From: an uncultured Hormoscilla sp.
Lineage (GTDB): Bacteria > Cyanobacteriota > Cyanobacteriia > Cyanobacteriales > Desertifilaceae
Assembly: GCA_963921275.4 (NCBI GenBank)
Contig: OZ001293.3
Location: forward strand, 2,848,001 to 2,912,000
Reading direction: 5' to 3'
DNA length: 64,000 bases
The translations under genes and the position numbers were made by a program. Below are positions 54,628-64,000 of the stretch, piece by piece. Below the pieces are notes generated by a model. That model was not told the DNA's origin, did not search any database, and saw only the letters and a list, made by a program, of their open reading frames with translations. Positions within the stretch are counted from its first letter, which is position 1. Every line of letters starts with the position of its first letter.

Positions 54628-54832
54628 CGTTATCCTCCGTGTTTTGTAACGCTTTTAACATGGCGTTTGCTGCTTCAAACGCATCGTATGGAGACCATAT
54701 AGGGTAAGACTGACCTGGTTGGATGATGTCAGTTTCTTCTCGGGCAAATTCTGAGATTAACACCTGCATGATGTAAAGTTTGTCTACACGAGTTAAATTT
54801 TGGATTCTGTTCATAAGTTCTGCCGATACCAT
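54620..54832 (-). CDS. Small partner protein overlapping the protease start
   Basis: MVSAEL..LTRVDKLYIMQVLISE..YPIWSPYDAFEAA; GAGGAG RBS; 8-bp overlap. Confidence 0.65.
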   Translation of the reverse strand: MVSAELMNRIQNLTRVDKLYIMQVLISEFAREETDIIQPGQSYPIWSPYDAFEAANAMLKALQNTEDNDA

Positions 54833-54977
54833 TGCTAACAACTCCTCTTTTTTCTATTCAGTCTAGTTTCTACTCGCTGCTCAATTCGGTCAGCCTCGAT
54901 CGCCCCTTGTTCGGTAGTCACAGGGCGGGCAGCGCCCACCCTACTACAGCACCTGAGCAGCCATCATTTCTTTTTTT

Positions 54978-55304
54978 TCATGAACTCCCAACTTCGAGCG
55001 CTTCTCCGGGAGAAATACTACCTAGGACGTTGCGAACATCAGGTATCAGTGGAACTAAATCGGGAAGTCGATTGCTGGGTGCTACAATAACAACGACTGC
55101 AACTCCTGCTTTTTGCAAGTTTTGCTGATATCGTAAATTCCGATCTGTGGTCAGTAAAATTGGCAAACTCTCTTCAAGCATAAGTTGCAGTAGCTCGCCG
55201 TTTTTCTTTCCTCACCATCCCATCTCCGCAACAGTTCTTACTTCATAATCGGTGAGTTCGCGTTTTAGAGGTCGTGGCACCCATTCATCAAACAGAATTC
55301 GTAT
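54978..55304 (-). pseudogene. DUF5615 PIN-like toxin with lost start and in-frame TGA
   Basis: RILFDE..P, EMGW*GKKNGELL, LLTTDRNLRYQQN. Confidence 0.8.
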
Positions 55305-55329
55305 AAGCAGTCAGCATTTCCTTTGCTAA

Positions 55330-55557
55330 TTATGGCGATCGCCTGTTCGCGCTTAACACACTGAGGTTTGTAGTGAGGACGGAAGTCCTCACTACAAACC
55401 TCAGAAAAATCGGAAAATGGTCTAAAAACTCATCCAGTGAATCACCCCCTTCGAGATAATCAAGCAATATTTTCATTGGTACCCGCGTGCCAACAAAAAC
55501 TGGTGTTCCTCCCATTATATCTGGGTCGCTATGGACGATAGGTGATGTATGCTTCAT
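55330..55557 (-). pseudogene. DUF433 antitoxin interrupted by a 44-bp palindrome
   Basis: SDPDIMGGTPVFVGTRVP...FLDHFP; the original tail VKREQAIA is now out of frame. Confidence 0.8.
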
Positions 55558-55610
55558 AATCTTCTACATGCTCCACGAATGAGTTCTTGGTTATTATACC
55601 CATAATACAC

Positions 55611-55883
55611 TTAAAACTGCGCTTGATAAGCCAACTCTTCCACTTGTCTGATTTTATTCCAATCTATGGCAGCTACCCACAAGTCTTCTTTTTCCGAGTA
55701 TTCGACAATTCCATCAACTTCTAACTCCTCACTGTATAGCGTCAGTGATTGACCGGACTGTAACTCAATATGTTGACAGGCCAAGTCCTCGATCGTGCCG
55801 ATACAGTTGAGACGCAAACGCCCTTGAATGTCAGCATTGTGAAAATCTGCAAAGACTCTGGTCTTCTGCGTTCGTTCTCCCAT
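55611..55883 (-). CDS. Hypothetical acidic protein, putative immunity/antitoxin
   Basis: 4 bp downstream of 55888-56208 with GAGG RBS. Confidence 0.7.
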   Translation of the reverse strand: MGERTQKTRVFADFHNADIQGRLRLNCIGTIEDLACQHIELQSGQSLTLYSEELEVDGIVEYSEKEDLWVAAIDWNKIRQVEELAYQAQF

Positions 55884-55887
55884 GTTC

Positions 55888-56208
55888 TTACCTCGCTGGA
55901 TTAGTAATAGTGGGTGTTAAAAGACTGCTAATAATATCTGGACTTAAGCCAGTCATCGTTGCATGATTTGGACTCCTACCTGATGTTCTGATTACCTCTC
56001 CACCGACTTGGCGCACTTCGCCTACTGTTGTTACACCAACTTGCCCGTGAGGAATTGCTGATGCCAATTCTGCTACGGACAATCCTACTGCACATTCGAC
56101 AGAAATTCCTGTTACCCCACTGGGATGGGTTCCCGTTCCACGTTGAATGTCTTCTGGACGATTGCGCCCTCCACGAACCACTAGCGCCCCGTTTGGTATT
56201 ATCTCCAC
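55888..56208 (-). CDS. Small protein resembling polymorphic-toxin C-terminal domains
   Basis: LVVRGG...GISV...IPHGQVGVTTVGEVRQVGGEV...PNHATMTG. Confidence 0.6.
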   Translation of the reverse strand: MEIIPNGALVVRGGRNRPEDIQRGTGTHPSGVTGISVECAVGLSVAELASAIPHGQVGVTTVGEVRQVGGEVIRTSGRSPNHATMTGLSPDIISSLLTPTITNPAR

Positions 56209-56355
56209 AAATCTTAGCTTTTTGACTCAAGTTCACGTCAGCTAGTAATTTTACCATACTGGTTTACCAATGCTATGGGTAGATGTCAACCCTTGACAAG
56301 AGTTCTTCTAGTTCCGTAGTTGCAGGGCGGGCAGCGCCCACCCTACTATTGTACA

Positions 56356-57849
<1,494 letters not shown>

Positions 57850-58065
57850 ATTTGATTATTCTATCATCCTGGGCGAACTGAGGGCAAGAAAGTAGTTTGT
57901 AGTTCCTACGAACGTGCCTGAAATTCCCACATATCAAGGGTTTTAGTCTATACTGCCCCAATTTTTACTTGACAATATTTTACATAGTGGCGAAAACTGA
58001 TGTCAGAGCAACGGGCCAGATCGCATGCTATACTATAGAGGTAGTTTCCATATCCAAGCTGACTG

Positions 58066-58248
58066 ATGACAATCCTGTTAGAAATCGAAGCGGCCATCAA
58101 ACAGTTGCCCGAACCGTTCCGGAAAAATCGGGATGTTCGCCAGTTGGCAGCATGGTTACAGACCTATTTAGACGAGCGGTGGGATCTGCAGATGCAGGAC
58201 GACGCCGAAGTAGACATCGCCGCTAACCAAGTGAGAGAGTTGCCTTAA
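58066..58248 (+). pseudogene. Small antitoxin-like remnant
   Basis: LEIEAAIKQLP...VRQLAAWL...WDLQMQDD; no cognate partner seen. Confidence 0.45.
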
Positions 58249-58257
58249 AATAAGTAG

Positions 58258-58560
58258 ATGAAGTTTGAGATTGATTTTACCCCAACAGCAGCTAACCATA
58301 TTCGCTCCTACAGGAAGTTTGAGCAAATGATTATCCTTGATGCGATAGAGTCCCTGTGCGAAAATGAACCTCTAAGTGAAACTAGAAACAGAAAGCGGTT
58401 GGGAGAAAACGAACTATCTGATTGGGAAATCAGAGTTCAAAAATATCGGGTATTTTACGATGTCATCCTTGCGGAAGACTCTGGAATTGTCAAAATCAAA
58501 GCTGTCGGACATAAGGAACATAATACGCTGTACATTGGTGGCAAAGAGGTTCAACTATGA
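58258..58560 (+). CDS. RelE/ParE-family toxin
   Basis: FEIDFTPTA...WEIRVQKYRVFYDV...IKAVGHK. Confidence 0.85.
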   Translation: MKFEIDFTPTAANHIRSYRKFEQMIILDAIESLCENEPLSETRNRKRLGENELSDWEIRVQKYRVFYDVILAEDSGIVKIKAVGHKEHNTLYIGGKEVQL

Positions 58561-58799
58561 AAATTATTCAATTAGAAGAAAAACAAGTAACAGTAGATGA
58601 GCTAATGGAATTAGCAAGGAATGAAGCTGTGGTTTTGCGTCAAGCAGATGGAGCAATGTTTGCTTTAGCACCAGTTGATAATTTTGATGTAGAAGTGGAA
58701 CTACTCAAAAATAATGCTGAATTTATGGCTTTTCTCAAGGAACTATCCGAAGAGGAGGCGACCATTTCATTACAGTCCTTACGGGAGGAACTAGCATAG
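58557..58799 (+). CDS. Antitoxin downstream of RelE (ATGA overlap)
   Basis: Acidic 80 aa, Phd-like, ending ISLQSLREEL. Confidence 0.7.
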   Translation: MKIIQLEEKQVTVDELMELARNEAVVLRQADGAMFALAPVDNFDVEVELLKNNAEFMAFLKELSEEEATISLQSLREELA

Positions 58800-58824
58800 T
58801 GATGATTTGCTGTAGAAAAGAAAC

Positions 58825-59088
58825 ATGAAGCATGTGTCAATAGAAAAAGTTGAAACTGATTTATTAGGTTATTTGCAGCAGGCCGAGAAGGATTATGTAA
58901 TAATCACTCGTCAAGGCGCCGCTGTGGGAATTCTAATTGGTTTAGAAGATCCTGAAGACTGGTGGGAAGAATTGCTTTTACATAACCCCAAATTTCTTGA
59001 GAGGATAGCACGGGCTCGAAAGCATCTGCAAGAGGGTAAGGGTGTTAGCATAGAGGAGATTAGAGCCAAGTATGAACATCACCCTTGA
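58825..59088 (+). CDS. Phd/YefM-family antitoxin with no toxin downstream
   Basis: LLGYLQQAEKDYVIITRQGAAVGILIG. Confidence 0.8.
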   Translation: MKHVSIEKVETDLLGYLQQAEKDYVIITRQGAAVGILIGLEDPEDWWEELLLHNPKFLERIARARKHLQEGKGVSIEEIRAKYEHHP

Positions 59089-59427
59089 CTGCACAACCGC
59101 TGGTGCGCAGTAGTTCGACCTTCGTATTTCCTACGATCGTGCCTGAAATTCCCACAGCTCAAGGGTTTTAGCCTATACTGCCCCAATCGCTCCTTGACAA
59201 TTTTACATAGTGGCGAATATTTCTGTCCGACTACTCAGTCTCTCTGTCAGAACAGTTCGTCCGGGCCTAGCCTCATCATACCCTGGTTAGGCTATGCCGC
59301 GCAGCGCTTCTCCTACTTTCTCTTTTGAGGATCGGTTTGGAGTAAAATTGGGATGTGCTCGCTCGGATCTCCTCCCCGCAAGTGCTATATTATCTATGAT
59401 AACCCCGACCTAGGCAAAACTACCACG

Positions 59428-60552
59428 ATGAGTACATTTGACCGAATGGAACCCCCATCTACCCCCGATTATCCAGCGGATGAAGAACCGGTTACTCAAA
59501 TTGCCGAGAACTTGGAAGATGATTCCGGAGATGATGATGACATCATTCCCTCCAAGTTCTCCATCGCCGTTTCTCGGAGTGATTTTGATGTTGCTGGTTT
59601 AGTCAGACGCATGAGGGACGGGGACATATACATTCCCGACTTTCAAGGTTCCTATGTCTGGAAAATCAAACAAGCTTCGCGTTTTATAGAATCCCTATTG
59701 CTGGGTTTGCCAGTTCCGGGTATATTCTTAGCCAAAGAACCAGACAACAGACACATAGTGATTGACGGACAGCAAAGATTGCGGAGTCTTCGCTATTTCT
59801 GCGATGGGAAGTTTTTAGAAGGTCGCCCAGCGTTTGCTCTTCTTGGAGTTCATAAGGAATTTGAGGGAAAAACATATGAGTCGCTGAATGCCAAGGATCG
59901 ACGCAAATTAGACGACTCTGTTTTATCTGCTACTGTAGTCGATCTACATGGCGATCAAAGCATTATTTACTACATTTTTGAAAGGCTGAATACAGGAGGA
60001 ACTCTGCTCAAACCCCAGGAAATTAGAGATTGCATTTATCACGGCGAATTAAACGAGCTGTTGCAGAAATTAAACTAAAATGAATCTTGGCGTAACATCT
60101 ATGGTAAAATGGATAATAATAAGAAAGACCAAGAACTGATTCTCCGCTTTCTAGTATTTTACTTTGAAGGAGAGAACTACAAACGCAATATGAAAGATTT
60201 GATCAATCAATATATGAGCAAAAACCGCAACCTGCAAAAGCAGTCGGAAGGGGAAATCAGGAAAGCATTTATCCCGACAATTGAAATAATTTATAAATCA
60301 CTCGGGAACAAAGCTTTCCAACTTGAGAAGAGATTTGTTCCAACGATATTTGAGTCGGTTATGATTGCGATCGCGCGCAGGTTGGCGCAAAGTGAGATTA
60401 AGAACCTTGAGGAATTGAAAAGTTGGTATGAATTACTGGTGGAAGCTCGAGAATTTAGGAGTGTATCGATGAAAATCCGCAATTTAACTAGCAAAGAGAA
60501 TTTCCAAAAGCGGATAGAAATTGCTAGCAAGTTATTAGCAGAAGTGGAATAG
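59428..60552 (+). pseudogene. DUF262 (ParB/Srx-like, GmrSD N-terminal type) protein with in-frame TAA
   Basis: PDFQ..YVW, FIESLLLGLPVP, IDGQQRL, IFERLNTGG; TAA at 60076, same frame resumes. Confidence 0.85.
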
Positions 60553-60685
60553 ATACATCGTCGAGATCGTCATCTCGCCGCCGTCACCCTAAAGGGTGCG
60601 GCTACTCGAACTAAGCCCGCCTGCGCGGGCTAGAATATTTTATCGGGTACGGGTAGAATGGGAGAAAGATACCTCCCAACTGCTT

Positions 60686-61069
60686 ATGGACTGGACTACT
60701 CCTCTGCGATCACTCCAAGCTGATTTTATCGCCCGCCTGCATTCCGATGCTGCTGTCTTGCATCACTTGACTAATCCTCTACTCAAAGGCTATTTTAGCG
60801 AAATGACGATCGTCTCTGGGGCGGAGTTGGCCCAAGTCCGCCAAAATTGCTGGTCAGTTGCTGACAGGTTGAAGCATCTTTCTGGCCAGCCTATTTATGA
60901 TGTCTTTATCTCTCATTTTTATGCGACAATGGGTGAGTTTGTCGCTAGGAAATATTTGGATGGTTTGGTTGTCAATGTTGATAAATCTGGATTAGGAAGC
61001 GATCGACTGATGGTAGTAAAGACAAAACCATTAATATTTGGCATCTGGAAACAGGGTCTCTATGGCTGA
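60686..61069 (+). CDS. Hypothetical protein, possibly truncated
   Basis: MDWTTPLRSLQADFIARL ORF. Confidence 0.45.
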   Translation: MDWTTPLRSLQADFIARLHSDAAVLHHLTNPLLKGYFSEMTIVSGAELAQVRQNCWSVADRLKHLSGQPIYDVFISHFYATMGEFVARKYLDGLVVNVDKSGLGSDRLMVVKTKPLIFGIWKQGLYG

Positions 61070-61134
61070 TGATAAGTTGTTCGATCGTCAGCCAAGCAGC
61101 TATAATAGGAACAGCAAGTAGGAGTCAGCGGACC

Positions 61135-61887
61135 ATGTCTGTAATCAAAGAATTAGAAGCAAGCGTCGAGTCACCGGAAGAGATATTCTTTCCATCAGGG
61201 GAATTCCTCAGCGACGAACCTGTATTTGATAATTATCAGCACTTGCAGCAAATAATGCTGTTAATCAAATGTCTGGACTGGTGGTGGAGAGAACGCCAGG
61301 ATTTCTTCTGCGCCAGCAACCTCACCATTTACTATAGTCGCAATCAGCCCAAATCGAAAGACTTCCGAGGACCAGACTTTTTCGTGGTCCTGGGAGTCGA
61401 TCGCCAAAAACCCCGCAATAGTTGGGTAGTATGGCAAGAAGATGGCAAGTATCCCAATCTAATAGTAGAAATCATGTCGGAAATAACAGCGGACAAGGAT
61501 AGGAGGTTGAAGAAACGAGTATATCAAGACATCTTCCGGATCCCAGATTATTTCTGGTTTGACCCAGAAACACTGGAATTTGCAGGATTTGTGCTAGTTA
61601 GCGGCAAGTATGAAGCCCTGAAACCAAATTTCCAAGGACATTTGTGGAGTCAGCAACTAGAAATGTATCTGGGTATCCATTCCAAGCAACTGCGCTTCTT
61701 TACCCCCGAAGGGATAATAGTACCCACACCAGACGAAGCAGCTGAGTCAGCTAAACAAGAGGCTGAGTTGGCTAAACAAGAGGCTGAGTTGGCTAAACAA
61801 CGCTCACAGTTGGAATTAACTCAACAACGGGTCTATAAGTTAGCGGCAAAACTGCGGGAGTTGGGCATAGATCCAAATAGCCTGTAA
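61135..61887 (+). CDS. Uma2 (DUF820) protein
   Basis: FRGPDFFVV, SWVVWQEDGKYPNLIVEI, DYFWFDP, coiled tail. Confidence 0.9.
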   Translation: MSVIKELEASVESPEEIFFPSGEFLSDEPVFDNYQHLQQIMLLIKCLDWWWRERQDFFCASNLTIYYSRNQPKSKDFRGPDFFVVLGVDRQKPRNSWVVWQEDGKYPNLIVEIMSEITADKDRRLKKRVYQDIFRIPDYFWFDPETLEFAGFVLVSGKYEALKPNFQGHLWSQQLEMYLGIHSKQLRFFTPEGIIVPTPDEAAESAKQEAELAKQEAELAKQRSQLELTQQRVYKLAAKLRELGIDPNSL

Positions 61888-61945
61888 GATGAGTGATATA
61901 CGTTCGCATCGGATGAAATAATATAAGTAGGCAACTTTTGTCAAT

Positions 61946-62323
61946 ATGCCACCAAAAATAACTGATATGGTTGCATGGCAGCAAGCAGAACTGCTGATGC
62001 AACCCGCCTTACTCCGCGTCGTCGATAACATCCGCAAGCAGTTGGAAAACTCTGACTGGACTGGCACCTATGAAGATGTCCAGACTCCCATACCGGGTTA
62101 TAATCTATGTTTGCAGCATCAAGACCAGCAGATCGATGTGGATGTCTGGGAACTCTGCTATGAAGTCTGTTTTCGCGACTACAAAGCTCATTCGCAACTA
62201 GAAAGTCAGGAAGTGGCGATCGACAGTAGTTTGCTCGATATCACCGGTGATGTGGACTGGCAGCGTTTGGAGGCAAAAACTCAGGCGATAATCAGTGCCT
62301 TGTTCGCGTCTTTGCCCACATAA
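61946..62323 (+). CDS. Conserved cyanobacterial hypothetical protein
   Basis: AWQQAELLMQPALLRVVDNIRKQLE...WELCYEVCF. Confidence 0.75.
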   Translation: MPPKITDMVAWQQAELLMQPALLRVVDNIRKQLENSDWTGTYEDVQTPIPGYNLCLQHQDQQIDVDVWELCYEVCFRDYKAHSQLESQEVAIDSSLLDITGDVDWQRLEAKTQAIISALFASLPT

Positions 62324-62427
62324 GCACCTGAAAATAGTTCGATCGTGGCGGACTTTAGTCCTTATCTCGCGAAGTCGCAGGTGAGGACTTTAGTCCTCAC
62401 TACAAACCTCAGAAAAACATGAAGGGG

Positions 62428-62730
62428 ATGATGACAGCATTACAGGATATCCAAGCAGCAGCAGGCGCAACCTTTGTAGATGGAGTTGCAGTTAGTTTCG
62501 GGAATGAACCGGCGGCAATAGCAACTGCCCGCGTGGCGCTGTGCGATCGCACCCACTGGGGGCGCATCCAGCTAACAGGGGCAGATCGGGTGCGCTTTTT
62601 ACACAACCAGACTACCAACGATTTTCAAATCCGCAAACCCGGACAGGGATGTGATACAGTATTCGTGACATCAACTGCCCGCACCATTGACCTAGCAACA
62701 GCTTACATCGCGGAAGATGCCATCCTATTG
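62428..62730 (+). pseudogene. YgfZ/GcvT-like folate-binding protein, N-terminal fragment
   Basis: DRTHWGRIQLTGADRVRFLHNQTTND...FVTSTARTIDL, then an abrupt switch of sequence. Confidence 0.8.
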
Positions 62731-63306
62731 CTATCTCCAAAGTCAATACATCGAGCAATTGTTGCAGTATTTTGATCGCAAACGCTATCAGTTCTGTGGT
62801 GGACGCATTTTGCTATGGGACAAAACGGATGCGATGGTGAGTGTCAATTACCATAATGAGTTCTTTCTGATACCGGCGGGCAGCTTTATTCCAGCAGGCA
62901 TGATTCAGGGAGCTAATATGGTGATTCACAGGGAAGTGATCGAAAAGGTGGGTGGCTTTCATCCAAAGATGGGAGCAGGCATGAAATTGTGTTGTGAAGA
63001 CATCGAAATGATGGGACGAGCCTGCATGAACGGTTTCACTGGTGCCCATCTTCCGCAATTGGTGGTTTATCATCATCATGGGCGCAAACCCGGAAGCCTG
63101 GAGTTGAAGGAATTAGGGTATACATATGACACCGGGCGCGGTGCTTATTATGCCTGTATGAGCGATCGCGGCTTTCTCGACTACTGGAAAGAAGGCATGA
63201 AAAGGTCACTCACCTTCTGCTCAAGATCTGGGCGAAAATCCTCTTATAGTATGCTCGTCAATGAACTTAAGGGTGCGCAAATCTACTTTGAAATGAAAGC
63301 GAAAGG
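62728..63306 (+). pseudogene. GT2 glycosyltransferase C-terminal fragment
   Basis: CGGRI, IQGANM..HREVIEKVGGF, CEDIEM, VYHHHGR; lacks N-terminus and DxD. Confidence 0.7.
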
Positions 63307-63990
63307 AGTAATCGACCTGCCCTCTGCTTTCGGTTCCCCCGTCTTCACATAACTATACAGCCCACTGCCCATCGGGTCTGCCAAGACATTTTGAACTATA
63401 GCATTCTTTTCTTTCAAATACATCGCCACCCCTGCAAAGGTGCCACCCGTACCCGTTGAGGCGACCCAGGCATCAACTTTACCATCAGTTTGGGTCCAAA
63501 TTTCCGGACCAGTAGTTTCATAATGAGCCCGTCGATTAGCTAAATTGTCAAACTGATTGGCCCAGATCGCATTTTCCATCTCAGCGGCGATTCTGCCAGA
63601 CAGCTTGACATAATTGTTAGGGTCTTTGTATGGTACAGTCGAGACCGTTTGCACGTCGGCACCCAAGGTGCGCAAGGCATCTATCTTCTCTTGAGATTGG
63701 GTTTCCGGAATGATAATCTTGCACTTATAGCCTTTAGCATTGCAAATATGGGCTAAACCAATCCCCGTATTGCCAGCAGTGCCCTCAACTACCGTGCCAC
63801 TGGGTTTAAGTAAGCCTTTTTCTTCAGCATCTTGAATAATGTAAAGTGCTGCCCGGTCCTTCACGGAACCGCCGGGATTGAGAAACTCAGCCTTTCCCAG
63901 GATTTCGCAACCCGTTTCCTCGCTGAAGCTGTTGATCCGGATTAAGGGCGTGTTGCCCACGGTGCCGACGAAGCCTGCTTTTATATCCAT
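63283..63990 (-). pseudogene. cysK: Cysteine synthase, C-terminally truncated (235 aa)
   Basis: [35 protein letters not shown]; ends just before the expected EGIG motif. Confidence 0.85.
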
Positions 63991-64000
63991 GTGTTCCCCA

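Larger units (their letters stand above)
57903..59216 (+). repeat. Pair of ~90-bp imperfect direct repeats (57903-57993 and 59128-59216) flanking a TA cassette
   Basis: Shared TTCCTACGA.CGTGCCTGAAATTCCCACA..TCAAGGGTTTTAG.CTATACTGCCCCAAT...CTTGACAA..TTTTACATAGTGGCGAA. Confidence 0.85.

Overview
64 kb of cyanobacterial chromosome, judged from very frequent HIP1 GCGATCGC, heptamer STRR-type tandem repeats and cyanobacterial gene families. Intact housekeeping genes (nfuA-like, TRAP SBP, prmA, serA, PSII S4-domain protein, M32 carboxypeptidase, GT4, thiC with a TPP riboswitch, tRNA-Phe) are mixed with heavily decaying accessory DNA: at least ten in-frame nonsense codons, many frameshifts, gene fragments, MITEs with target-site duplications and local tandem duplications. 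Highlights: (1) a tRNA-Asn(GUU) split inside its anticodon by a 266-nt group I intron with a readable IGS and P3/P7 core; (2) an LRR domain fused to an antitoxin-like tail and translationally coupled to a PIN toxin beside tRNA-Phe; (3) a ~13.5-kb Ter-type stress cluster with seven paralogues of a divergent TerD-like module fused to different C-terminal domains, plus PRTase, StiP-like, HAD, TerB and M48 genes; (4) two loci of near-identical 102-bp TPR units that vary mainly at groove-lining codons; (5) a toxin-antitoxin-rich zone around thiC that includes a stand-alone polymorphic-toxin-like/immunity-like pair. All family calls come from motifs recognised by eye; no searches were run.
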